Positions 44,515-55,038 of a DNA stretch of 64,000 bases are shown piece by piece. Below the pieces are notes generated by a model, which saw only the letters and a program-made list of their open reading frames with translations, did not search any database and had not been told where the DNA came from. Numbering within the stretch: the first letter of the stretch is position 1; each line of letters begins with the position of its first letter. The position numbers were made by a program, and so were the translations under genes. Source of the DNA: Dehalococcoidia bacterium (GTDB lineage: Bacteria > Chloroflexota > Dehalococcoidia > Lucifugimonadales > JAGWBF01); assembly GCA_965247055.1 (NCBI GenBank), contig CBDFGE010000004.1, positions 199,895 through 263,894 of the forward strand. Reading direction: 5' to 3'.

Positions 44515-44693
44515 CGATCACTAACCTCGGCGGTTGTGGGATCTAGCGGTCCGTTCCGGATTGCTGATGTCCACGGAACTCTGACCGATGTCGTAGGGCC
44601 CGGCCCTATGGGGCAATCAACAGGTATTGTACCCCAAATTACCAGGATTGCAACCCGTCAGGCGTGAGGATGCCTTGTCGCAGGGACAGGAAG

Positions 44694-46005
44694 CCCTAGC
44701 AGGATGCTGAAAAACCTGTACCTGACGGGGTCGTTGTGTAGGTGGTATAGTCCGGGGTAGATAAACTTGGGGAGGGAGCGGGATGCGAGGAGATGTGGAA
44801 AGGCAGACCATGATTCTAAGTGCGGGGACTCCGGACCAGCTGATACCCGAAGACCACCCCATCCGGCTAATCAAACCCATGGTCGACCGGGCCTTGGCTG
44901 AGCTGTCTCCCACCTTCAGCCGCATGTACGCCAAGGTGGGACGCCCCTCCATTCCTCCCGAACACCTGCTAAAAGGATGCCTGCTGATGGGTCTCTACAC
45001 CATCAGGAGCGAGCGCCAGTTCTGCGAGCGACTGCAATATGACCTGCTGTTCAAATGGTTTCTGGACCTGAACATCATGGACCCAGCCTTCGACTCCTCC
45101 ACCTTTTCCAAGAACAAGACTCGGCTATTGGACCATGAGGTGTCTGGACAATTCTTCCAAGAGGTGTTGGCCGAAGCTCAGCGCCGGAATCTGCTGTCCG
45201 ATGAGCACTTCACCGTGGATGGGACCTTGCTGGAATCTTGGGCGTCATTGAAGAGCTTCCGACCCAAAGATGGTAGAGGGCCCAGGGGAGGAGGACGCGA
45301 CCCCGAGGTGGACTTTCGCGGGGAAGAAAGGAAGAACGACAGCCATGCCTCCACCACGGACCCAGAGGCTCGACTGGCGCGTAAGGGCCCTGGGAAGGAG
45401 GCCAAGCTGTGCTTTGCCGGACACGTGCTAATGGAGAACCGTAATGGCTTGGCGGTGGGGGTGTTGGTCACTGAGGCCAACGGACGGGCGGAGCGGCAGG
45501 CCGCAGTGGAACTGCTTTCCCGTTTACGAGGAGTAGGCCGGATAACGTTGGGTGGAGACAAGAACTACGACGCCAGAGCCTTCGTTGCTAGATGTGGGGA
45601 GATGAAAGTCACGCCCCACGTGGCCCAAAATACCAAAGGCCGGTCCAGCGCCATCGATGGCAGGACAACCCGTCACCCGGGGTATGCCATCAGCCAGCGG
45701 GTGAGGAAGCGGGTGGAGGAGATCTTCGGCTGGACCAAGACGGTGGGCGGCGGGCGCAAGTTGCGTTACATCGGGGTAGCCCGCAACCAGATGTGGGCGG
45801 ACCTGACGGTGGCTGCCTACAACCTGGTCCGGATGGCCAAATTGGCTTTAAACCCGGGCTGAAGGTGGGACAAAGGCCTGATCCGGGGGTGGAGTGGCCT
45901 CCCCCGGTGGCTGAGACCTCTCCTCTATAGGGTGCATCCCTCCAAAACAACGGGAGTTAACGGTCTTTAGCCCACCTGCCGGCCTTATTTCAGCACCCTG
46001 CTAGG
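44694..46005 (+). mobile_element. IS5-family insertion sequence, copy B (1312 bp), identical to copy A
   Basis: The offset from copy A is 20618 nt. It has the same termini, CCTAGCAGG...CCTGCTAGG. It lies 180 nt upstream of the McrB-like start and abuts the stop of the CoA-transferase gene. Confidence 0.85.
44783..45862 (+). CDS. IS5-family DDE transposase (identical to 24165-25244)
   Basis: The 359-aa translation is identical in the ORF track. Confidence 0.9.
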   Translation: MRGDVERQTMILSAGTPDQLIPEDHPIRLIKPMVDRALAELSPTFSRMYAKVGRPSIPPEHLLKGCLLMGLYTIRSERQFCERLQYDLLFKWFLDLNIMDPAFDSSTFSKNKTRLLDHEVSGQFFQEVLAEAQRRNLLSDEHFTVDGTLLESWASLKSFRPKDGRGPRGGGRDPEVDFRGEERKNDSHASTTDPEARLARKGPGKEAKLCFAGHVLMENRNGLAVGVLVTEANGRAERQAAVELLSRLRGVGRITLGGDKNYDARAFVARCGEMKVTPHVAQNTKGRSSAIDGRTTRHPGYAISQRVRKRVEEIFGWTKTVGGGRKLRYIGVARNQMWADLTVAAYNLVRMAKLALNPG

Positions 46006-48433
46006 GCTCCTCCCAGTCCGCCACCCCTCGCTCCTTGAAGTCGCGAATGCCGTCGTCGCTGTATCCCAGCTCCCGGAGGATGGTCCGGGTGTGCTGGCCC
46101 ATCAGGGGTCCCGGACCGGCTCTGCCTGCGGTGTGGGAGAATCTCAGCAGCGGACTGTATCGCCAGAATTTGCCCAGCCTGGGGGACTCCACCTCGGTTG
46201 TAAAGCCGTTCTCCAGAGCGTGGGTATCCTCGCTGTAGAACTGGTATGTGCCCCGGTCTTCCGCCTTGACGCAGGCGACGTCTGCATTTGTGAGGAGCTT
46301 CTCCCACTCCAGGGGCTCCCTGGTGGCGAACACCTGCCCCAGCTCCTCGGCGAGGGCGTCGTCGTTCTGCTCCCGGGACTGGCCCGTGGCGAAACGGGGG
46401 TCCTCCAGGAGGTCCGGCCGTCCCAGGGCATGGCACAGAGCCTGCCACTCCTCCTCGAAGGGGCAGGCCAGAAACACCCAGCCACCCCGGGCGGGGTATA
46501 GCCGGTAGAGGGCGTGAAGTCCGTAGCCCTGGGGGTCTGGGAGACGGCGAGGGGGCTTGCCCTCGTGCCAGAAGAAGTCGTCGGCGTTGGCGTAGGCGTT
46601 GTTCCCCAGCATAGAGGTTACGACATACTGGCCCCTGTCCGTCCGTTCCCGGGCGTAGAGCCCCAGGAGCATGCCCACGGAGTTACCCATGGAGGAGTTG
46701 TGGTCGGGGGTGCCGTCGTTGGCCTTGTCAAACATGCGGGACACCTCTGCGATGTCCTCAATAGATAGCTGTTGCTCAGGAGGCGGGACCGTGCCCCAGC
46801 CCATCTGGCTCAGGGCGCCGCCGCACACGGCCCCCGGTATGGGGTGCATGGAAGGGCGGTGGGCGTGGGGGCCGGTTGAGCCGTAGCCCGCCGCGTAGAG
46901 GTACACGAGCCTGGGGTTGATCCTGGAGAGCTGCTCGTAGCCAATACCCGTCCGCTCCGGGGCTCCCGGGCGCATGCTGTGCAGGAGGATGTCGGCCCTC
47001 TCCGCCAGCTTGTGGACGATCTCCTGGCCTTCGGGCTTTTTCAGGTCCAAGCACATCCCCTCGGTGCCGGCCATCGTCCGGTGGACCCCGAGTCCCTGCA
47101 TGGTATGCCGGGTGCGGTCACCTCCAGGGGCTTCGATGCGGATGACCCTCGCCCCCAGCTCGGCCAAGAGGGAGCATGCCAGGGGGCCGTTGATGACCGT
47201 GCCCAGGTCCAGCACGGTAATGCCCTCCAGGGGGTAGCTTGGCATGGGATGGGAGCCGTTGCCGGGGGGGGCTTTCCTGGCCGCCCCGTTTAAGCGGGCC
47301 AGGACCTCCAAGGTGTGCTGCCCGGGGTCTGGGGCTGGACCCTTGGGGGATCCGGGAGTCTCCGCCATGATCGCCAGGGGGCCGATCTGGCGCATCGTGC
47401 CCACGTGAGGGTCCTCGACCTCCCGGATGTGGCCGTTGTGCACCATCTGGGGATGGTCCATCCCGTCCTGGGCCGTCGTGTAGCGCTCCACGGCGAAATC
47501 GGGGTTCTTGTTCACGAGGATATCCAACCACTCGTCCAGGGTCTTCTCGCGGATGCGCTCAAGCATCAATCGCTCCAGGGCATCCCGGTCTTCCTCGGCG
47601 ATAGTAGGGGCCGATCTAAACCGAGGGTCTTCGTAAATGTATCCCAGGTCGAGGGTGTGCATCATGGAGCGGAAGAGGCGGTCCACCACGTTGGCCAGCT
47701 GGAGCCAGTGGCCGTCCCTGGTGCGGGCCGCCAGGTAACCCATGGGGCCGCGGCGGCCGCGCCCCAGCATCGGGTCGGGAGGAAAGGTCCCGGGGTGCTT
47801 GTGTATCATCTGTCCCAGGACCCACTCCCTGTGGTCAAAGGGCGTTATGGCCTGCATGAGGCTGGCCTCCACCTTCTGTCCCCGCCCCGTCCGGTCCCGG
47901 ACATACAGCGCCGCGATGGCGCCCCGCAGCAAGGCCATGGCCGAGGAGTGGCTGGCGCCCTGCACCACAACGTAGTTGGGGCCGTCGCGCCTGCTCTGCC
48001 CGGAAAACCACATCATCCTGCCGACCTTGGCGGCCACGACCCCCTCGTACCCTTTGTAGTGGGCGTAGGGTCCCTTGGGACCGAAGCCGGTAAGGGAGCA
48101 GTAGACCAGGTCCGGCCTCGAGGCGCTCAGCGTCTCGTAGTCGATCCCCAGGCGCGCGGTGACCCCCGGCCGGAAGCTCTCGAACACGACGTCGGCCTGC
48201 CGGGCCAGCCGCTGGGCTTTCTCCCTGCCGCCGGCGTCCTTCAGGTCCAGGATGACGCTCTTCTTGCCACGGTTCCACTGGATGGCGCCGGGCCAGTCGC
48301 GGAAGGGGTCTCCCCCCGGGGGCTCCACCTTTATGACCTCGGCGCCGAAGTCGGACATCACCATGGTAGCGATGGACCCGGGCATGCCCCGGGTGAAGTC
48401 CAGCACGCTGATGCCCTCAAAGATCTGTGCCAT
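46001..48433 (-). CDS. Tandem-fused family III CoA-transferase (two CaiB/BaiF-like modules)
   Basis: 810 aa. Module 1 reads FEGISVLDFTRGMPGSIATMVMSDFGAEVIKVEPPGGDPFR. Module 2, from about residue 400, reads LEGITVLDLGTVINGPLACSLLAELGARVIRIEAPGGDRTR. The TAG stop (46003-46001) coincides with the IS-terminal CTAG. Confidence 0.8.
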   Translation of the reverse strand: MAQIFEGISVLDFTRGMPGSIATMVMSDFGAEVIKVEPPGGDPFRDWPGAIQWNRGKKSVILDLKDAGGREKAQRLARQADVVFESFRPGVTARLGIDYETLSASRPDLVYCSLTGFGPKGPYAHYKGYEGVVAAKVGRMMWFSGQSRRDGPNYVVVQGASHSSAMALLRGAIAALYVRDRTGRGQKVEASLMQAITPFDHREWVLGQMIHKHPGTFPPDPMLGRGRRGPMGYLAARTRDGHWLQLANVVDRLFRSMMHTLDLGYIYEDPRFRSAPTIAEEDRDALERLMLERIREKTLDEWLDILVNKNPDFAVERYTTAQDGMDHPQMVHNGHIREVEDPHVGTMRQIGPLAIMAETPGSPKGPAPDPGQHTLEVLARLNGAARKAPPGNGSHPMPSYPLEGITVLDLGTVINGPLACSLLAELGARVIRIEAPGGDRTRHTMQGLGVHRTMAGTEGMCLDLKKPEGQEIVHKLAERADILLHSMRPGAPERTGIGYEQLSRINPRLVYLYAAGYGSTGPHAHRPSMHPIPGAVCGGALSQMGWGTVPPPEQQLSIEDIAEVSRMFDKANDGTPDHNSSMGNSVGMLLGLYARERTDRGQYVVTSMLGNNAYANADDFFWHEGKPPRRLPDPQGYGLHALYRLYPARGGWVFLACPFEEEWQALCHALGRPDLLEDPRFATGQSREQNDDALAEELGQVFATREPLEWEKLLTNADVACVKAEDRGTYQFYSEDTHALENGFTTEVESPRLGKFWRYSPLLRFSHTAGRAGPGPLMGQHTRTILRELGYSDDGIRDFKERGVADWEEP

Positions 48434-48593
48434 CGCTCATCTCCTGGCTGTTCAGGCGCCGAATACGCCCGAGGCCCTTTCCCGAAAAAGCCAATTGCCA
48501 CTTGAGCTGGCCAGCATCCGGCGTGGCGCCCGCTTGTTGCCCGGGACGTATTGGGGACCCGGTGGGGTAACTGCGCTCAGAGCGTAGGGGGGG

Positions 48594-49091
48594 TCAGCCG
48601 ATGTTGGCCCGGGCCGCGGAAGCCTCCACCCCTTGTCTGGACATACCCTCGTCGAGCTGAATCACGATACCGTCGGGGTCTTTGAAAAACACAGTACCAA
48701 CGTGGCCGGACTGGTTGGCGAAGGCGTTGGCGGGGCCGCAGGTCTGGACGCCGGCCGCCAAGAGCTTGGTCGTCATCTCGGCCAGATTTGGGACCTGAAA
48801 GGAGAGGTGGGTGATGCCTATCTGGTCAAGCATGATGGGTTTGCCGTCTGGCCCGGAACCTGGGTTCTGCTCCAGGACGATCATGGGTCCTTCGTCCTTC
48901 TCGCCGAAGAACATGACCGCCGCCCGCTGTGTCGGGTGAGGGGTCTTGAAGGTATGCTGCTTGCCGCCGGTGGTGGTCTGCTGGACCCAGTCGGCAATCA
49001 CGCGGAAACCCAGGAGGTCCCGATAGAAGGTCAGCGATCGGTCTATATCGCCTACACAGATCGCAAGGTGGGTAAGTGCCGTAGCAGCCAT
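48594..49091 (-). CDS. VOC (glyoxalase/bleomycin resistance/dioxygenase) family protein
   Basis: 165 aa. Motifs seen: LTHLAICVGDIDRSLTFYRDLLGF and GITHLSFQV. Confidence 0.8.
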   Translation of the reverse strand: MAATALTHLAICVGDIDRSLTFYRDLLGFRVIADWVQQTTTGGKQHTFKTPHPTQRAAVMFFGEKDEGPMIVLEQNPGSGPDGKPIMLDQIGITHLSFQVPNLAEMTTKLLAAGVQTCGPANAFANQSGHVGTVFFKDPDGIVIQLDEGMSRQGVEASAARANIG

Positions 49092-49380
49092 AGTATTCCT
49101 CCTCGTGCGGGCAATATATGCCCAAGGGAGTAGTGTGTCGACGGGGCAATTATAGGAGGGCCCCCATACGGTGTCAAGCGCCGTCCGGGCGAGCCGTTCG
49201 GCGTCATGCCCAGCGTGGGTAGCCGCATATCGCTATGGCCCTGCACCTGGTGGAGGTAACGCCGCGGGCGCTGGGGGTGTGGTACCATATCGGGTGGTGG
49301 AATGTACCCTATGCCCGGTCCGGAGGTGGGGAAGACGTGCCTTGGCCCGCACCGCAAAACACCCCGCAAGGTTGTGAGGC

Positions 49381-51165
49381 ATGAGGGCTTATGCGACCAG
49401 CCGGCCCGTGGTACGAGGCACCCAGGGTATCGTTGCCGCGGGACATCCCCTGACTGCGATGGCGGGGATGCGGATGCTGCTGAGCGGGGGGAACGCCTTC
49501 GATGCCGCGGTGGCGGCCGGACTAACGGCCAACGTGGTGGAGCCCACGGCGTCCTTCTCTCTGGCCGCCGAGGGGTCGTTCATGGTGTACCACGCGCCAA
49601 CCCGCCGGCTGAGAGCGTTGAGTGGGCAGGGGGTGGCCCCGGGTAGGGCGACAGTGGACTTCTTCAAGGAGAAGGGGCTGGAGGACGTACCCGCCGGTCC
49701 CGGTCCCAGCACGCCCCTGGCGTTTACCGTGCCTGGTGTGGTCGACGCCTACATTCTGTTGCTGGAGACCTACGGCACCAAGACCCTTGGGGAGGTTATG
49801 GCGCCCGCCATCGACTATGCCGGGCGCGGCTTCCCCATGTACCCTGATATGTGCCGCAAGCTGGGGTCCCCCCGTATCCCGGCACAGTTCAGGCACTATC
49901 CCCCCGGCGGCATGGAGGTCTTCTACCCGGGTGGTAGATCGCCGGAGGTGGGCCGGATGTTGGTCCAAAGGCAGCTGGCGGCGACGCTGGAGAAACTGGC
50001 GCTGGCTGAGTCCCAGGCGCCAGGCCACCGGCTGGTGGGCTTGGGCGTGGCCCGGGAGACGTTTTACCGAGGGGAAATAGCCAGGACTATCGTCCAGTGC
50101 TCCGACCGGGTGGGTGGCCTGCTGGGCCTTGAGGACCTGGCCGGCTACCACGCCAGGTTCGACGAGCCCGTAGGGACGACATTCATGGGCCACGAGCTGT
50201 ACTGCCAGTCCGTCTGGAGCCAGGGCCCGGTGGTGCTGCAGGCGCTGAATATCCTCGAGCATTTCGACCTGGGGGCGATGGGCCACAACTCGGCCCGGTA
50301 CATCCACACGGTAACCGAGGCCCTAAAGCTGGCACTGGCGGACCGGGACAGGTATTATGGCGATCCGGACTTCTGTGAGGTGCCGGTGAAGGGACTGCTT
50401 TCGAAGGAGTATGCCGCTGCCCGCGCCGGGCTGATAAGGGCCGACGTAGCCCGGCCGGAGCCGGCCGAGGCGGGAGACCCGTGGCGCTACTGCGGTGGGG
50501 AGGCGGAGCCGGTGGGTGGGAGTGGTGCGGTGGCGACCCCGAGGAAGGGGGATGCAGATGGCCGGGATAACGACGATACCACCTATTTTACCGTCCTGGA
50601 CCGGGATGGGAGCATGGTCTGTGCGACGGTCAGTGGCGGCCCCTTCGCCAAATCGGTCTTCTTTCCTGAGCTGGGCTGTACCCTTAGCATCCGCAGCGAG
50701 ATGTTCTACCTGGACCCCGGGCACCCCAACTGCGTGCAGCCAGGCAAGCGGCCCCGCACGACCCTCACCAACTACATCGTGACCAGACATGGGCAGCCCG
50801 TCATGACCGTGGGGTGTCCAGGCGGCGACGGGCAGGTCCAGGCGGCGCTCCAGCTCGTCCTGAACGTGATGGTATTCGGCATGGAGCTCCAGCAGGCGGT
50901 AGAGGAGCCGCGCTTCGCTTCCCAAAGCCTGGTTAACTCCTTCTATCCCCACGTCTGTCTGCCGGGGCAGCTGGTCGTCCACCCTGGCCTACCGGCGGAG
51001 GTTTGCTCCAGGTTGGCCACACTGGGGCACAGGATAGAGGTGACCGGTGCCGATTCGATATGGATGGCCGGTGTCGGCGCCATTGTGGCGAAACGGGACC
51101 CCGAAACCGGGGCAGTGAGCACCGGTGCGGACCCCCGGGAGGAAAGCTACGCGGCCGGATGGTGA
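49381..51165 (+). CDS. ggt: Gamma-glutamyltransferase family protein
   Basis: 594 aa. It contains GIVAAGHPLTAMAGMRMLLSGGNAFDAAVAAG. The autoprocessing Thr context is DNDDTTYFTVLDRDG, and CPGGDGQ is present. Confidence 0.85.
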   Translation: MRAYATSRPVVRGTQGIVAAGHPLTAMAGMRMLLSGGNAFDAAVAAGLTANVVEPTASFSLAAEGSFMVYHAPTRRLRALSGQGVAPGRATVDFFKEKGLEDVPAGPGPSTPLAFTVPGVVDAYILLLETYGTKTLGEVMAPAIDYAGRGFPMYPDMCRKLGSPRIPAQFRHYPPGGMEVFYPGGRSPEVGRMLVQRQLAATLEKLALAESQAPGHRLVGLGVARETFYRGEIARTIVQCSDRVGGLLGLEDLAGYHARFDEPVGTTFMGHELYCQSVWSQGPVVLQALNILEHFDLGAMGHNSARYIHTVTEALKLALADRDRYYGDPDFCEVPVKGLLSKEYAAARAGLIRADVARPEPAEAGDPWRYCGGEAEPVGGSGAVATPRKGDADGRDNDDTTYFTVLDRDGSMVCATVSGGPFAKSVFFPELGCTLSIRSEMFYLDPGHPNCVQPGKRPRTTLTNYIVTRHGQPVMTVGCPGGDGQVQAALQLVLNVMVFGMELQQAVEEPRFASQSLVNSFYPHVCLPGQLVVHPGLPAEVCSRLATLGHRIEVTGADSIWMAGVGAIVAKRDPETGAVSTGADPREESYAAGW

Positions 51166-51282
51166 CCCCGCGGTCGCTGGCGTTCGCCGCCGAAAGGAGT
51201 CCGGGACCCCGTGGCGTCTTGGGGGCACGGGTTGCGGTCCCGGCCTTGTGTGTCGTATTACGGTCGTGAAGGAGGAGTTGCC

Positions 51283-51858
51283 ATGGCAATCGAACGCATT
51301 CCCTCGGAGGTGGCCCTGACGGGAGAGAACCCCACGATCCGGCTTCTGGAGGGCCCGGAAGGCCCGCCGACAACGGCCGTCAGCTTCTGGAGGGTCGTCT
51401 ATTCCCCCGCCGGCCCGGGCCACGTTCTGTTCATACTGAGTGGCCCCCTTGGAGAGACCCCTCGCGTATATTCCGACAGCGTGGAGCTGGCCCGGTGGCT
51501 TCAGCGGGAGATCGAGCTGAATCCCAAGAACTGTGACGAGAGCCTGCCGGTGCACCCCGCGACCTTCCAGAAGTCGGGAGACCCCAGGAGCTCATGGACG
51601 GAGACCGTTACCTCCCAGGGCACGGAGATCTCCTGCACCTGGCACGACATTGGAGAGCCCCACGTACACCATTTCAACCCCGGCGACCTCCCCAGGCCCC
51701 ACGAGGTCTACGCGATGCTCGCTCCGGCCCACGGGGCCGAGGTCCGGGTGAACGGGGAGGCGGTGCCGGGCAAGGTCTCCCCTGGCCAGCTGGCGGGTGC
51801 CCCTTTCAGCACCGCTTCGCTGGCCTTCTCCGAGACCTGGCTAAAGCCAGCCCAGTAG
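51283..51858 (+). CDS. Hypothetical protein
   Basis: ATG 51283 follows GAAGGAGGAG, so the track start at 51211 is less likely. 191 aa with no motif I recognise. Confidence 0.5.
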   Translation: MAIERIPSEVALTGENPTIRLLEGPEGPPTTAVSFWRVVYSPAGPGHVLFILSGPLGETPRVYSDSVELARWLQREIELNPKNCDESLPVHPATFQKSGDPRSSWTETVTSQGTEISCTWHDIGEPHVHHFNPGDLPRPHEVYAMLAPAHGAEVRVNGEAVPGKVSPGQLAGAPFSTASLAFSETWLKPAQ

Positions 51859-51984
51859 AGGCCGCCCGGCATCGCGGACGGTGACGGGAGTGGGGGACCC
51901 ATGCAGACAGAGTAAGGGGCCCCAGGAGCACTTCGCTCCTGGGGCCCCGGCATGGTCGCGTATCGGGTCGGTGTGCTCTGCCGC

Positions 51985-53880
51985 CTACTGCAAGGCCCCC
52001 GCCGCCGGGACTATCCGCTCGAACATGTAGGGGCGGCTGGCGTCCCGGATGATGGGGTACTCCTTGATGAACTTGGGATGGTATGCCTGGTAGACGGGAT
52101 GGACCACGAGGGGGATGTTCCAATAGTTGTCGTAGAACCACCAGGCGATGTCCTGCTGCTTCTTGACGCGCTCGTCCGTGTCGAAGGTGTTGAACGCGTC
52201 CTCCAGGTCCCGATCGTGGTCGGGGTGCTCGCCCAGGAGGGAGAAGGTTGCGGGGGAGTATGAGCCGAAGAGCATCAGATTGGACACCGGCTCGGCCCTG
52301 AACCGGGAGAACCGGATTACGGCGCCGGAGTTCTTGGCCGACCTCTGGCCCTCCGGGGTTACCCGGTACTCCGGTGAGTAGTCGGCCGACCAGGCCCTAG
52401 TGGTCTCTCTCACAGGTATGCCCAGCACGTCCCTCCACTGGTTGGCGACGTACGCTCCTATGTCTATACCGGCTTCCGCGCCAACCTGTATGGCATGGAC
52501 CATTTCGTAGGGCGTGCCCCAGCCGTCGCCGTTGGGATAGCCGGCCTCGGCCATGAGCTGCTTCGCCAGCGTGGGGTCGTAGGGGTAAGGCACCATGTCC
52601 GCCGGCTGGTACACGCTGCCCGGCCAGTAGAGGTTGACCGCGAGCGCCTCCGTCTGCCCGCCGAAGAAGTTGTCGACGATGGCCTGGCGGTCGATGGCCA
52701 GGTTCATGGCTTTCCGGACCTTGAGGGCCCGCTGCCATGTGCCGTTGGGGTCGTCTGTGTCCCTCCAGTCCCCTACGTAGGGGATGGTGGTATCTATGTC
52801 ACGAATGGTGGGGTCCCACATACCGGCCAAGGACAGGGTCAGGGTGAACCCACCGATGTCAGGCACCACCAACCCGTCGTCCCGGGCCTGCTGTTGGGTG
52901 TCGCCCGTGAGGTCGGCCAGGTAGGACTCCTCGGTGAGAAGCATCGCCAGGCGGGTGGTGTCCTCGGGCACCAGCCGGATGAATATCTCCTCCCAACCCT
53001 GGCTGTCGCCCACGCGCCAGTGGTCGGGGATCCTGGTCATCAGCATCGTGTTCTTGACATCGTGCTGGGCCAGCCGGTAGGGGCCGGACCCGATGGGCTT
53101 CCTGGCGTACTCACCAGGGCTGCCTACCTCGTCCGCGTATTTCCTGGAGAAAATCGCGTTGCTGGTGGGCCAGATGGTGTTCATCAGGATGAAGTCCCAG
53201 GAGGGCTCGGTCATGGTCATCTTGAACGTAATGGGGTCGACCGTCGAGGCGACTCCTCCCCTGTTCCTGATGAGCCTCCCCTCGGAGGACACCGCGTCTT
53301 CCGCCATGTAGCTCTGCCACGTGTAGACCACGTCGTCGGCGCTGAAGGGGCCGTAGTTGCCCCCGTCCCACTCGGCCTTGCCGGTAAGGAAGAAGGTCCA
53401 GGACAGGGCGTCGGGGGTCATCTCCCAGCGCTGGGCCAGCATGGGTCTCAGGGTCCAGTCCTGCTCCCGGTCGGCCAGGAACTCGTATATGGCACTCTCC
53501 ACCGCCTCACCTGCGCTCCCCACGTCGCGCCGCCAGACCTCGTCATTGAGGTTGCTCAGGGTGATCAGCAGCCGGCCTGCCCGCCTCTCCGGTGGCGGTG
53601 GTGTGGCGGTGGCCGTGGGCTGCACCAGAGGGGTCGGCGTGGGCGTGACGAAGAGCTGCTCTGGAGTTGGTGTGGGGGTCGCGCTCGGCCTGGTCGTCGC
53701 GGTCGGCGGGGCGGCTGCCGTGGTGGGAGTGGCCGTGGCTCCCGGCAGCGGCGTCGACGTGGCGTCGTCCCCGCAGCTCACGGCGGCGATGCCTGCGATC
53801 ACTAGAATAATCAGGGGCGTCAGGAAGCCGTGATGCTTGATGGTGGCTATGCTCTTTAGGACCAGTCTCCTAATTGCCAT
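51985..53880 (-). CDS. ABC transporter substrate-binding protein, family 5 (peptide/nickel type), lipoprotein-like
   Basis: 631 aa. The signal anchor is LIILVIAGIAAVSCGDD, followed by a T/P/A-rich linker and then a DppA/OppA-like body (GSGPYRL, ...). Confidence 0.8.
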   Translation of the reverse strand: MAIRRLVLKSIATIKHHGFLTPLIILVIAGIAAVSCGDDATSTPLPGATATPTTAAAPPTATTRPSATPTPTPEQLFVTPTPTPLVQPTATATPPPPERRAGRLLITLSNLNDEVWRRDVGSAGEAVESAIYEFLADREQDWTLRPMLAQRWEMTPDALSWTFFLTGKAEWDGGNYGPFSADDVVYTWQSYMAEDAVSSEGRLIRNRGGVASTVDPITFKMTMTEPSWDFILMNTIWPTSNAIFSRKYADEVGSPGEYARKPIGSGPYRLAQHDVKNTMLMTRIPDHWRVGDSQGWEEIFIRLVPEDTTRLAMLLTEESYLADLTGDTQQQARDDGLVVPDIGGFTLTLSLAGMWDPTIRDIDTTIPYVGDWRDTDDPNGTWQRALKVRKAMNLAIDRQAIVDNFFGGQTEALAVNLYWPGSVYQPADMVPYPYDPTLAKQLMAEAGYPNGDGWGTPYEMVHAIQVGAEAGIDIGAYVANQWRDVLGIPVRETTRAWSADYSPEYRVTPEGQRSAKNSGAVIRFSRFRAEPVSNLMLFGSYSPATFSLLGEHPDHDRDLEDAFNTFDTDERVKKQQDIAWWFYDNYWNIPLVVHPVYQAYHPKFIKEYPIIRDASRPYMFERIVPAAGALQ

Positions 53881-54129
53881 CTTCCCCCTCCGTCCAACGA
53901 GATGACTATCTTGATCAAGCTACTCGAGGAGGCCTGCCCCACTGTTCCCGAGTAGGCCGGAGGGGAGCCGGGACTAGCCTGCCCCGGGGCCACTGTATGC
54001 TCCGCGACACTCTAGCAGAGTTTCTTCAGCGTTGTCAAGTGCTGGCCCGTGCGTGGGGAACCGTCGGACCCACAACGGATTAGCCGTGCCATCCGTAGGT
54101 CAGGACGATGCCGCAGCCGATGCCTGTGG

Positions 54130-55038
54130 CTACCTGATGCCGGCGGAGCGCAGGGCCTGGTCCACTATGTCCAGCCCGACCAATTCGCTCCAGGCCGCCC
54201 AGAGTCTCTTGACGATGGGGCCGGGAACTTCGCCGTCGAGGGGCCGGTTATCGATGCGTCCCACGGGCAGGACGCAGTAGCTGGAGGTGGTCAGGAAGGC
54301 CTCGTCGGCGGTGTATGCGTCGTAGGGCTGAAGGTCCTCTTCCACCGCGGGGATTCCCAGTTGCTCTGCCAGGTCCAGCACCGTCATGCGAGAGATTCCC
54401 TGGAGGATGTCGTGGTCGCCGGGTGTCCTGAGCACCCCCTTGGTCACGATGAAGAAGTTGCCGCTTCCGTTCTCCGAGAGGTTACCCCGCATGTCCAGCA
54501 GCACGGGATAGGCGTCCGGGTCTATGTCCATCGCCTCCAGCTCCGCCAGGGTGAAGTTCATGCGGCTGTAGTGCTTGACCTTGGGGTCCAGGGACTGGGT
54601 AGGATAGGACCGGGTCCGGGGAAAGACCACGTGGGCGCCGGTCCTGTAGAAGCGGGCGTATCCCGAAAAGCCTATGGGATGTACCTTTATGCAGATAGTC
54701 GGTGGGACCGGGTCGGTGACCTTGACACCGTGGCCGCGGGTAACGATCAAAGTTACCACGTGGTCCCCTCCCGGTTCCCTCAGAGGCTCGTTTCGTGCCA
54801 ACACCTCGGTGGTCAGCTGCTCCATCCCCTCCATGGTCAGGCCCGGATCGATACGGGCGTACTTGAGAGAGCGGTACAGGCGCTCCATATGCTCCCGCAG
54901 GCGGAATATCTTCCCGTTGAAGGTCCTGGTGGCGTCGAAGACCAGGTCGCCCCTCTGTACGCCACGGTCGGCCACGTGAAACTTAGCCTCGCTCTCGGGG
55001 ATGAACTCGCCGTTGAGGTATGCTATGTACTCCGCCAT
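54130..55038 (-). CDS. Class IV (branched-chain / D-amino-acid) aminotransferase
   Basis: 302 aa. Motifs seen: YLNGEFIPESEAKFHVADRGVQRGDLVFDATRT, LREHMERLYRS, GNFFIV, GISR. Confidence 0.85.
   Translation of the reverse strand: MAEYIAYLNGEFIPESEAKFHVADRGVQRGDLVFDATRTFNGKIFRLREHMERLYRSLKYARIDPGLTMEGMEQLTTEVLARNEPLREPGGDHVVTLIVTRGHGVKVTDPVPPTICIKVHPIGFSGYARFYRTGAHVVFPRTRSYPTQSLDPKVKHYSRMNFTLAELEAMDIDPDAYPVLLDMRGNLSENGSGNFFIVTKGVLRTPGDHDILQGISRMTVLDLAEQLGIPAVEEDLQPYDAYTADEAFLTTSSYCVLPVGRIDNRPLDGEVPGPIVKRLWAAWSELVGLDIVDQALRSAGIR

Noticed and set aside
24076-46005. The two IS5 copies as ends of a composite transposon.
   Set aside because: The intervening DNA carries the essential nusA-ylxR-infB-rbfA-truB operon and other core-like genes. 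I saw no shared target duplication at the outer ends.
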